Shown piece after piece: positions 1 to 11,087 of a stretch of DNA of 51,244 nt. The DNA is from Trypethelium eluteriae (lineage: Eukaryota), in contig JAVECL010000110.1 of NCBI GenBank assembly GCA_051942245.1, positions 1 to 51,244 of the forward strand, read 5' to 3'. The translations under genes and the position numbers were made by a program. Under the pieces are notes generated by a model that did not search any database, was not told where the DNA came from, and worked only from the letters and a program-made list of their open reading frames with translations. The first letter of the stretch is position 1. The number at the start of each line of letters is the position of its first letter.

Positions 1-675
1 GGGAGAGAAGGCGACAGCGGTGACCCCATCCGAGTGGCCCTCAAGCGTATGCACTACTCCTCCTCTTTCTGCATCCCACACTCGGACCGTCGTGTCATCG
101 GATGCTGACGCGATCTGCTTGCCGTCGGGAGAGAAGGCGACAGCGGTGACCCCATACGAATGGCCCTCAAGCGTGTGCACCACTCCTCCTCTTTCCGCAT
201 CCCACACTCGGACTGTCGTGTCATAGGATGCTGACGCGATCTGCTTGCCGTCGGGAGAGAAAGCGACAGCAGTGACCCCATACGAATAGCCCTCAAGCGT
301 ATGCACTACTCCTCCTCTTTCTGCATCCCACACTCGGACCGTCGTGTCATCGGATGCTGACGCGATCTGCTTGCTGTCGGGAGAGAAAGCGACAGCGGTG
401 ACCTGACTCGAGTGGCCCTCAAGCCTGTGCACTACTCCTCCTCTTTCTGCATCCCACACTCGGACCGTCGTGTCAACAGATGCTGACGCGATCTGCTTGC
501 CGTCGGGAGAGAAAGCGACAGCGGTGACCTGACTCGAGTGGCCCTCAAACGTGTGCACCACTCCTCCTCTTTCTGCATCCCACACTCGGACCGTCGTGTC
601 ATCGGATGCTGACGCGATCTGCTTGCCGTCAGGAGAGAAGGTGACAGCAGTGACCCCATTCGAGTGGCCCTCAAG
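1..675 (-). repeat. Tandem 126-bp WD40-coding repeats of NLR copy 1 (at least 5 full units plus a partial)
   Basis: Near-identical 126-bp units. Variable residues follow EG (HSNG, HSSQ, HSSQ, YSYG, HSYG, HSDG) and ASAS (D, V, D, Y, D). Confidence 0.95.
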
Positions 676-2680
676 TATCTGTAGGCAAGCGTTCCATCTT
701 TCTGGGACCGCTGGCTGCCGGCACATCCACTTCGGCATCGCTGCGCAGAACGTTTCTCGAATAATGCTCTTGGAGGGCGCAAACACAAGAGCAGAGTAGT
801 GCGCCTGCAGAGGATATTGTTCTACCATCTCTCGGTTGAACAGAACAAAGCGACTAGCGTCGTACACCATTGCTTGTAGTTGTACTCGCCCCTCATTATC
901 CTACGTAAATGTCAACGGTGATCAGCACTCATATAAGTTGCTAAAATATTCGGATTCCATACCTGTATAGCATCATGTAAAGCCTTGCATGTACCGACAG
1001 CCTCAGCGGCCCGCTCAGTCAAACTAAGGGCTTCGAGCCAATGCAGCATGTGCCTCTCGAGAAATACATGAACCGGTTCGCCGTCGTTTAATATAGCCGA
1101 GCAATGGATAGCGTGTTGCCCCCAAAAGCAGCATGCGTACTGCACATAGTTTGGAAGATATTGCTGCAGCACCTCTCTACTGACATCTCCAGGCGTCGCG
1201 TCCGGCCGCCGAAGACCGCAAATGTCTCTGTTTAGACTATTAGACATCAACTTTAGTAACTGCTGCGCAAGCTCTTCCTGCATCTTATCTGGGCTTAATG
1301 GAAAAATTGTCACGCCTTGACCACTGGAGAAGTAGTCCTTGGCCGACTGGTGTACAAAAGAGATAACCTGCTTCGAGATAACGAGGAACGAGCCGCACGA
1401 CTGGACCAGATCTTCCATATGCTCTCTGCCTTCACAAAACTCTCTTTCGAACCCACCGATGATGCCGATTTCGTTCAAGTCCAGCGGGCGAAATGTCAAT
1501 GTTACCGTGCGCAATAGTCTCAGCCGAAGCTCCACCTCTTCTTCATCGTTCTCTTGCCGGACCAGCTCCATCATCCGTCCATACAGCGGTGTAAGCCCTG
1601 TCGGAAACTGTTGCACTGCCCTAAGCGCTTTTCGTGCCGCTACCTTCTCCAGTTCCTTGCACACGAGGGCTACCCATAGGAACGTCCCATCTGCCTTATG
1701 TATCAGGTGGCTCCGGACCGACTGCTTTATCTCTGCTGTATATGTCTTTCGACGTGCGAGATTGTTGACTTTGTATGCAATGAATGCGTCAACCGCCTTG
1801 GCCACGTGTGTCGAGTTCAGCTCGAGGCTAGTATCATGTGCAGCGATAGCATTTTCCAGATACTCTTTAATATGCGGTTCATTGCGACTGCTGATGATCC
1901 ACTTGACCTTCTGTGAGAACTTCGACCTTTCATGCAGGAGAAGGTTTAAGAAAATGCCTGATGAGGTAGGGTCACATTCGTCTAAAGCGTCAACTAGAAG
2001 GCAGACCTTTGACAACGCTGTGTCCTCTAGTATTTCCATCAGCGTACGCCAAAGCTCATACATCGCATTGCTGCCTTCAAACATGTTGCTCCCACGCTGA
2101 TCGTAGTGTCTTCGAAGATGGCCTATCAGCTCCGGCTTTTGGTCTACCAAAAGATACGTAAGTCCGCGAACAATCGCTGCAGCATGGTTCAGCTCTTGTA
2201 TCGTATTCTGACAGAAGAAGTACGCCATTGTCGCATCGCTGTTGTGTGTCGTAATTCTGTCTGTAATCTCTTCAATCAATGCCATCATCATCATCGTCTT
2301 CCCCTTGCCCGGATCCCCGTGTATCCACAGTATCTGACACGCATCATCCTCCTGCCATCGTCGAAACGCTAGGTCATCCAGTATCCATGTGCACGATCCA
2401 TCGAGAAGGGGGTCTTTAGCGTTCAGGATCCGCTGTCGGTCGTCCCGAGGGTCAGTCAGACGCCAAGCGCCCTTGCATTGATTGTTCGCTTGCTGTTCGC
2501 CTCGATCATCTGCGCTGCTGTTAACGAGGCTATCGTATGAAGGCGCAGGTGCATTCCCTCACCCTGTCTTCCAATCGAGATGGGAGCGCCGCCTGAGTTG
2601 AACTGATTGCCAGCCCAGGTGCTCCCATCTGCGTTGTGAATACCAGCGAAGCGATTGCTCTGCTGACCAGGCCCATTCAT
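1..2680 (-). CDS. NACHT-WD40 NLR protein (NWD/HET-E-like, copy 1) with N-terminal G/N-rich putative amyloid motif; 3' end runs off the window
   Basis: Manual splice model: exon1 2680-2563 ([39 protein letters not shown]), GT-AG intron 2562-2510, exon2 2509-963 (Walker A GDPGKGKT, Walker [31 protein letters not shown]), intron 962-901, exon3 900-<1. Exon3 stays open through five complete and a partial sixth 42-aa WD40 repeat (x[27 protein letters not shown]). Confidence 0.93.
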
Positions 2681-2988
2681 TGCATACTTGGTGGAGCACA
2701 ATGGGCATATCATTCAGTGGGCAAAGCATGATCGAGCAGTCGCGAGTGCAAGGCTCGAGTGCAAGGCTGAGCGATATCCATCTGAATGGAGCCTACCAGC
2801 TGCAGCTATTAGAGCCTTGCTCTAGCCCCACTATCGCCTGGCGGCAAAAGTCACATGTCGAAACTCGAATTCAGCATTGCGCAATGCCGCTTTTGTATTG
2901 TTCAAAGTCATGTATTTTAGACCTTCTCATGGAATATCATGAGTGCTCTATTTACTTAAGTCTCTAGGATATTGTAGACATGCACCCT

Positions 2989-4677
2989 TCATATCATTCG
3001 TGCTACTGGAGCCCTACATACCACCGAAGCACTCGCTGCCTCTAGTGCTTCGCTTATCCGCGCTGCTTTGAGCGTTGGATCTGGCGCACGTGTCTCTTCC
3101 AGTCGAGTCTTTCGCTTCCGAACGCGCTTTTCTTTAGCCCCGACGGTTTCTTTCGCAGGACGCTTCGCTCGCGCCTCCTCGATGTCCTCATAGCTCATCA
3201 CCTTTGCTTTCCCCAGGATCACCGACTTGGTTGATCGACGCGCTTTGGCTTCGTTGTTCATCCTGGTTAAAAATTGATTTTGATCCCGAAGGAGGACACG
3301 CTCGGCGAAGGATATTTGGGCGGCGTTAGCGAGCTTCTGTACACGTCTCTGTAGGCGTCGTATGCTCGTCTTATCAAGCGTATCAGTATCTTGTTTGATG
3401 CGATTATGCAGCGATGTAAGAGCCTCGGCTGATATTGGCGTTACTGGTGTTACCGGTAATGGCATTGTCGTGTCTTGCGAACAAGACTCCACCCTCACTC
3501 CATTAGCATGCAGACCGGTTAGCTCAAGAGAGGGCTTCTGCATATCTCCAATCACTCTTTCTGGGTCGAATGGGGACAAACCAGTTGCGGCCCATGCGGA
3601 CAAGATATTCTTCTTAGTAAACGCTCTGTTCCTAGCAGGACGATACAAAGAAGTAAAATGTTCCTTACCGACCGTAGTTGAACCTCCACGATACAGCCGT
3701 TCGACCTGATCGCGGTACGCCGCCTTCAAGGGAGCAAATACACCAACGTCACAAGGTTGAAGTTTATGGGAGGTGTGGGAGGGAAGGCGACATAGGATGA
3801 TGTTGTTCTCAAAGCAATACTCCAGGATCTCCAGCGTTTCATGTGTCCCGAAGCCGTCGCAAATCAGGACGCGTGATCGATGACGAGCGCGCTGTCTGGT
3901 CTGAGGATCAAAGACTCGCTTGATCCACTCCAAGCTGATCTTGGAGTCGTTATACCCAGTCTCAGAGCACGCATAGTGCCATCCAGGAGTAGGATACGTA
4001 GTCCAGTTGCTACGATGGGTGGTGGCAGGCCAGATGATCATGGGTAGTAACGACCGGCCGTCCGCGGATATACACTCAATTGCAGTCACCATGGTTCGCT
4101 TGACACCTGCACCTCTATAGTCTCGAGGGTCATCCTTACCTATCAGAACTTTGACGGAACCAAGCATTCCGAGCATGACTCCTGTCTCGTCCATGTTGTA
4201 GACATTCTCTGGCAAGATCGCCGGGTCTTGTAGTTCCTTTCCAATCACCTCAAACCAATGGGTAATCTTGTCATATATACTGTTCTCATGACGCTTCCAG
4301 TCCAACGCCTTAACTCTTTTCGATTTAAGCGTTGGGTGGCGTTTCTCAAAGGCCCGGGCCCAGTTTTTGCCCGGTTGTCGAATCGTTTTGTCAGTTGTGG
4401 AACGTCGCCGACGGATGCTCAAGGCTAGGAAAGATATGAACTTTATTCGCACGGGATTTCCGAGGTCGGACATTTGTAGAAGAAATCTACAGAGGGCTTC
4501 TTCTTCCCACAAGGTAAGATATTGTTGGCTTTGGGCCTTTTGCTTAATGGAGCGTCGTTCATGGGCACGATGATAGAGAGTAGAGAGAGGGACATTACTC
4601 TGTACTGCTAGGGCAGCGTATGTTGTTGGTACTCCGTCGGGAAGGCCTTCCGTTAGCACCTGGCTGGCTCGGTCCAT
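2989..4677 (-). mobile_element. pogo/Fot1-type (Tc1-mariner superfamily) DDE transposase ORF, ~562 aa, apparently intact
   Basis: N-terminal HTH/CENP-B-like region (VPLSTLYHR; YLTLWEEEALCRFL; PGKNWARAF) and DDE_1 catalytic motifs NMDETG, LICDGFGTH, LQPCDVGVF. Likely start is MDRASQ at 4677; the ORF track extends upstream to 4914. No TIRs were identified. Confidence 0.9.
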
Positions 4678-5167
4678 GTCCCATGTACTACAGTACGAGT
4701 ACGGGAGGGTATTGGACAGTCTCCCAGGGTATGCTCGTGAAAGTCTCTGTTCAGATAAGTGCTCCAGGTCTAGAATGGCCACGCAGGCTCGAAGTTGGGG
4801 GAAGCGCAGAGGCTTTTCAAAAGGGTGGGAGGGAAGGCCCAGAGATTCTTCTTGAAGGGACCAAAACAAGGACCTGCAACCGCCGACAAGCTCCCACCTA
4901 AATATAGCCACCAATCAATATGTATTCCTACCCGCCAACCATAACATCCATCAACTTTTTGTCCAAAGACGCTGGGATGCCAAAAAATCCAAGGAACCCA
5001 AGCTGTATGTACACCCTAATAACGACTGCAGTTCTCTAAAAACGCATGACGCGTTCACTTTCGAATGCTACAGACACCCAATCCTCAGAAAGGTATGTTG
5101 TATACCATTTCTACAATATTGCCTAATTCACTCATAGAAAGTATAGCAGAACCCAATGAGTGACGCT

Positions 5168-6354
5168 CTAAAAATTCATCGACCCTCCTCCCGAGTTAAA
5201 TGTATTTCCGATATTCGCTTTACCGCCAGTCGTATTGATGGGTCCAGAGAAGTGATTGACTTGGTTGGAAAGTGCTGTCTTTGGATCTGTCAAGTGTGCC
5301 ATCCTGTGTCAGTGAAGTGTGTCTATCAATTCACGAGAAATTCGTGGTTTATTGACTTACCATATTCATTAATGTTGCCTGTCGCTAGGCTAACTTGACT
5401 GGCTGGTATCTCGTAAAGAAGTTCTTTGGCATATGCAGCTGCCGTGGCCGCCGCATAAGGTTGCCACTTCTTATTCTTATGCGAATCTGCATAGTCACAA
5501 ATACCTCGGATTACTAGGCAAGGGTGTGTTTGGATAACGCCAGCGCCCTCCATCTCGAAACAAATGACTCCATGCTCTTTTTGACATTGGTTTCTCTTTG
5601 TTGCCGAAATTTGTAGCTGATTGCTTGACCCGATGTTGCCGTAATGAATGCGTGGGGCATCCAGTCCTCTCATAGCTTCTTCGCCCCGATCTTGCCGACT
5701 CTGTGACTGACCTCGGTCGCACACATCATCGCAGCTTTTGTCCCGCGAGTCAGGAGGATGCGGGAAATCATCTCGGAAAAGCCAATCATTGTCTGAGCCC
5801 TGGTCTGCAAACTTAACCTGTTCATTAGTATTCAGCCTGTTTCGCATCTGCTCCAGAAAGGCTGAGATATTTGTTCCAGGACTCATAGTGTGCTTGGATC
5901 TGAGCGAGGCAACGGCATGAAGCAAGAAGCTCGGCGGGCTATTTGTGTGTCCTTTGGTCTCCAGTGTACCTTCTCCAGTCCAAGCTCCAGCATCATATCG
6001 AACAACACCGCCGTGTTTGCTCATTGGTACGCTAACCACAACGTCCCCAAGCACAATCTGGGACGTTGCACCATGTGGACCGTACCCGCGAACCCCGCCC
6101 CCGATGCCGACAACCAAGAAGCATTTGAGGCTCTGAAAAGCAGAGCGCATCCTAGCAACAAGATCAGAGGCAGCGTCCGTACCCATCCGTGGCTGCACTG
6201 CCATTACCACGTAGTGCTCTCGTATTTTTCCGCCATAATAGGTATAATTGCCAACAGGGATGTCGTGATAGTCGTCATCGAACATAGCTCTAGCAGCTGT
6301 GAGTTCCAAGGGAAGAGGAGCAATCCACCCTATGGTATAACGAGCGGTGTCCAT
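5168..6354 (-). CDS. PNP_UDP_1 (purine/uridine nucleoside phosphorylase family) protein with C-terminal G/N-rich putative amyloid motif, ~370 aa
   Basis: Exon1 6354-5361 has the fungal PNP_UDP hallmarks (YTIGWI, LVVGIGGG, LGDVVVS, IHYGNIGS, CFEMEGAG, LVIRGICDYADSHKNKKWQPYAA). Intron 5360-5287 (GTAAGT...CTGAC...CAG). Exon2 5286-5168 encodes DPKTALSNQVNHFSGPINTTGGKANIGNTFNSGGGSMNF*. Confidence 0.9.
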
Positions 6355-6799
6355 GACACCAGTATCATAAGAGGGAAGATACCGCAGTCTGGAAGGAAGG
6401 GTAATAGTAGCCTCATCCAGTATGAAGAGGATTGCCGGGATTTATATGGCGATATGAATTAGCAGATCATGTGTCAAGAGCGTATGGGGATTGACTGAAT
6501 AGCACTCTATTGTTGTAGTTTGCTGGACGAGTGGCGCTGAGCAGGCTGGTCGGAGCCGTACCACTGATCTTGACCCACACGTTTGGTGCGGCCGCACAGA
6601 ATCGAGAGATACTAGATCTTGAGCGCTGCTGAATCTCCAGCTATCTTATCTATGTCATTGAACAGCTCGGAAGTCTTCGCGTTAGCCAAGCCTGATCCCT
6701 AGCAAACGCGATTCGGCAAGGCTCTCATAGCAGCCTCAAGTCTGCCTTGGAATGGCGTGGACTATTATGATTCGCGCCGCATTCGCAACCGCTTTGAAA

Positions 6800-7560
6800 G
6801 CGCCTTGCGATTTCGCGGAGAAGACGGTATTTAGGTTATTGTAACCAATCCTGCAACGTATAGCTCGGTTCGTAATGGTTACTTAGATCGCATTACAAAC
6901 TCACAGATTCCCATTCGGAGGTGCGGTTCCTTGACGATTAGACTAACTGGTCATACAGTGAAAGCACTTCGTGAAGAATTAGTCGGAAGTACAGTATATA
7001 GATTTTCGAGAGCAGAGCTGTCACTGCGACATATCACAGCTGACTAAATGAATACTTGGAGAGGCTCTGGAAAATCAAAATATAACACCGTCGTGCTGGA
7101 TAGAGATGTCTAATGGCCAAAGAATCCCATCTCCTGCCATATCTAGCTTATAAAGGACGTTCTCGAATCATGGGACTGGAGCATACTTAGATGATAATTG
7201 CTTGTTTGGGAGCTGGAGCAGTGTAGATGTTCACGTGGTCGGGTGAAGCTACGTTTTGCCCACAGCTTCTCATGCGTATGTTTGACAACGAAGCGCGACC
7301 AGTAGCCTCATCCACTGACGAATATCGGCTATTGCTCTTGACACGCTGTCTTGTATATAAATATACTGTGATGTGTACTAACTTTGTTTGGACTGAGTAC
7401 GGATTTGCATCCAGAGAAGCCGTTCGACTGAAGACACACTTAATTGAATATAAAAGGATCGATGTGGAAAGCGTTCAACATATGATCGCAAAGCGATGTT
7501 GGCGCATTTGCTACGTTGGCCAAGGATGTAAAACGGCGTCCAGATAAGCGACATCCTTCC
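6800..7560 (-). pseudogene. Decayed fungal CorA-like (Mg2+/Zn2+ transporter-family) gene fragment
   Basis: Minus-strand translation gives IWQEMGFFGH*..TVLYFDFPEPLQ.., a frameshift, LILHEVLSLYDQLV*SSRNRTSEWES, a GTGAGT..CAG intron, then PKYRLLREIARR. These resemble, from memory, the N-terminal cytoplasmic region of fungal CorA-like proteins. There are several stops and I saw no TM part. Boundaries are approximate. Confidence 0.5.
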
Positions 7561-8152
7561 CATTTCCAAAGTGCTTGACTTACATGAGCCGGTTGTGCGG
7601 AATTGGTGCCTTTGTTAGATAATTAGTAGTTCTGGGTCTACACCTTTGGAAGAAGCTTACTGATAACACCCTTTCCCAAGTCGTTGGTTCAATGCGCCCC
7701 ATACCTAGACCTGGGATGTTATTCGTATTGATGTCCTACCATTTGAACACAAGAGTGTGTTTTCACAACTTTTGACTTGATCCATCGCTCTACGCAGCTC
7801 GTTGCGCGCGTTGACCTTGATCAGTACTAGGATACACTGGATCTTATTCACTTACAAACTGAGAGCAGCCGTTTCAGTGCAATTGCATTTTCAAGTAAGT
7901 CCCGCTTTCTTATTTTTAAGTACTGTTTTCGCGAAAGCAGAGCGCTTTGCAAACACAGTGCCTATGACGAACGCGGGGCTAGATCTGACTTGATGGGCTA
8001 GGGCTGGCCGGTCGTAGAACCAAAACCGGACGCAAGCAGGCAATGTTCAGCCTTGCACCATGCCACGGTGCCCGTGATGTCTACGCTGTCCATCATGCTT
8101 TTGTCTACTAACCAGCATTACAACCACTCCATGTCGGGTAGTCACTCCTACC

Positions 8153-11087
8153 ATGGAGTCATTGGGCCCGCAGACTAATCATATCGCTGGTTTCCACAAC
8201 GCAAGTGGGAGCACCTGGGCCGGCAACCAGTTCAACTCAGGCGGCGCTCCCATCTCCATTGGAAGGCAAGGTGAGAGACGTGCATCTACAACAACATGTG
8301 AAGCAACAACTGCGCTGACGTTCGTGTAGATGATCGAGCCGACCAATATGCGAACAATCTATGCAAGGGCGCCTGGCGTCTAACCGACCCCCGCGACGAC
8401 CGACAGCGGATCCTAAACGCCAAAGACCCTCTCCTGGATGGATCATGTACATGGATACTGGACGATCCCGCCTTTCGACGATGGTGGAACGAGGACGAGT
8501 GCCAGATACTGTGGATACACGGGGATCCGGGCAAGGGGAAGACGATGATGATGGCATTGATTGAAGAGATGTCACATCGAATTACGGCAGACAAGAGCAG
8601 TGCGACGATGGCGTATTTCTTCTGTCAGAACACCCTGCAAGAACTGAACAGCGCCGCAGCGATCGTTCGTGGGCTCACATACTTGCTGGTGGACCAAAAG
8701 CCGGAGCTGGTTGGTCACCTTCGGAGACACTACGATCAGCGTGGGAGCGACATGTTTGAGGGTAGCAATACCATCTATGAATTGTGGCGTACACTGATGG
8801 AAGTGTTGGGGGATGTGGCACTGCCGAAAGTTTATCTGCTAGTTGATGCTTTGGACGAGTGTGATTCCACCTCATCAGACATTTTCTTAAGACTTCTCCT
8901 GCAGGCGTCGAAGTCCTCGCAGAAGGTCAAATGGATCATCAGCAGTCGGAACGAATGGCATATTAGAGAGCATTTGGAGAGTCCTATCGCTGCACACGAT
9001 ACTAGTCTGGAGCTGAACTCTACTCACGTGGCCAAGGCAGTTGACGCATTAATTGCATCCAAAGTCGATGATCTTGCGCGTCGAAAGAGATACACAGAAG
9101 GAATGGTACAATCCGTACGGAACAGACTGACGTGTAAGGCAGATAGAACATTCTTGTGGGTCGCTCTCGTATGCAAGGAGCTAGAGAAAATGCCGGCGCG
9201 AAGAGTGCTAACTGCGGTGGAGCAATTTCCGGCAGGGCTTAAGCCGTTGTATGGGCGGATGATGGAGCTTGTCCGAAACGATGAGAACGAGGAAGAAGTC
9301 GAACTTCGGCTAAGGTTACTGCGCACAGTAACATTGACGCTGCGCCCGCTCGATCTTAATGAAGTCAGCATTATCGGCGGGTTCGAAAGAGATTTCTGTG
9401 AAGTTAGAGGGTATATGGAAGATCTGGTCCAGTCGTGCGGATCTTTCTTAACAATTTCCAAGGACATCGTTTCTTTTGTGCATCAGTCGGCGAAAGACTT
9501 CTTTTCCACCGGCCAAGGCCTGACGATATTTCCATCAAGCCTCAATCATACGCAGGGAGAACTTGTGCAGCAGTTGCTCAAGTTGATGTCAAATACTCTA
9601 AAAAGAAATATCTATGGTTTTCGACGACCAGACGCTACCTTGGGTGATATCAATAGGGAGATGCTGCAGCAATGTCTCCCAAACTATATACAGTACGCGT
9701 GCTGCTACTGGGCCCAGCACGTCATGCACTACTCGGCCATATTAAACGATGGTGGGCCAGTTTATGTATTTCTCAAGGGGCATATGCTGGATTGGCTTGA
9801 AGCTCTCAGCTTGATTGAGCGGGTCGCTGAAGCTGTCAGTACGTGCAAGGCTTTACATAATACTATACAGGTAAGGAATCCGAATGTTTCAGCAACTTAT
9901 ATGAGTGCTGATCACCGTTGCCATTTACGTAGAATAACGAGGGGCAAGTACAACTAGAAGCAATGGTATACGACGCTAATCGCTTTGTTCTGCTCAACCG
10001 AGGGATGATAGAACAATATCCTCTGCAGGTGTACTACTCTGCTCTTGTTTTTGCACCCGCGAAAAGTATCGTTCGACAAACCTTCTGTGTAGAGATTGCG
10101 AAGTGGATCTGCGGACTTCCAGAGGTACCAGAAGGATGGAGCGCTTGTCTACAGATCCTTGAGGGCCACTCGGATGGGGTCACTGCTGTCACCTTCTCTC
10201 CCGACGGCAAGCAGATCGCGTCAGCATCCGAAGACACGACGGTCCGAGTGTGGGATGCGGAAAGAGGAGGAGTGGTGCACAGGCTTGAGGGCCACTCGAG
10301 TCGGGTCAGCGCTGTCGCTTTCTCTCCCGACGGCAAGCAGATCGCGTCAGCATCCTATGACACGACGGTCCGAGTGTGGGATGCGGAAAGAGGAGGAGTA
10401 GTGCACACGCTTGAGGGGCACTCGGATGGGGTCACCGCTGTCGCCTTCTCTCTTGACGGCAAGCAGATCGCGTCAGCATCTGTTGACACGACGGTCCAAG
10501 TGTGGGATGCGGAAAGAGGAGGAGTGGTGCAAACGCTTGAGGGTCACTCGCGTGAGGTCACCGCTGTCGCCTTCTCTCCCGACGGCAAGCAGATTGCATC
10601 AGGATCTGTTGACACGACGGTCAGAGTGTGGGATGCGGAAAAAGGAGGAGTAGTGCACAGGCTTGAGGGCCACTGGAGTCTGGTCACCGCTGTCGCTTTC
10701 TCTCCCGACGGCAAGCAGATCGCGTCAGGATCCTGGGACAAGACGGTCCAAGTGTGGGATGCAGAGAAGGGTAATCGAGTAGACACTCTTTTCACACGAG
10801 CAGTGGTCTCTAAGGTGACGTTTTCAGCAGATGGGTCACTGCTGGAGACAAATCAAGGTACGTTGAGCAGCCCATATCTCGCCTCATGCAATTGTCAAAA
10901 GGCTTCGACTCAGTCACCGGAAATGTTTGTTGAAGAGCGCTGGGTAGTTGTCCAAGGTCGGAAAATACTGTGGCTCCCTCCTAAGTATGTCGCAACATAT
11001 ACTGCGGTACATGGATTAACTCTAGCTATGGGTCACGCGTCTGGGCGAGTTATGTTTATAAAGTTTAACGTTGAACTTATGGAGTAA
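8153..11087 (+). CDS. NACHT-WD40 NLR protein (copy 2) with N-terminal G/N-rich putative amyloid motif, ~937 aa
   Basis: Exon1 8153-8270 ([39 protein letters not shown]), intron 8271-8329, exon2 8330-9870 ([26 protein letters not shown]), intron 9871-9932, exon3 9933-11087 with five WD40 repeats and the usual NWD C-terminal tail (ILWLP..Y...[10 protein letters not shown]). All frames join correctly. Confidence 0.94.
10158..10787 (+). repeat. Five tandem 126-bp WD40-coding repeats of NLR copy 2
   Basis: Units LEGH(SDG/SSR/SDG/SRE/WSL)[14 protein letters not shown](E/Y/V/V/W)D.TV.VWDAE.G. Confidence 0.95.

Noticed and set aside
20..799. Repetitive short ORFs (MTPSEWPSS.., MRAIRMGS..) and their counterparts at 10034-10795
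   Set aside because: Antisense or alternative-frame shadows of the WD40 repeats.
1339..2100. 253-aa plus-strand ORF, and similar antisense ORFs at 5890-6462, 15089-15535 and 41135-41719
   Set aside because: They lie antisense to well-supported genes and have no domain features.
4678..4914. N-terminal extension of the transposase ORF in the ORF track
   Set aside because: It starts at a non-ATG codon and has no transposase-like content. MDRASQ at 4677 is the more plausible start.
2700..5160. Terminal inverted repeats for the pogo-like transposase
   Set aside because: No convincing inverted match between the two flanks by eye, so element limits are not called.
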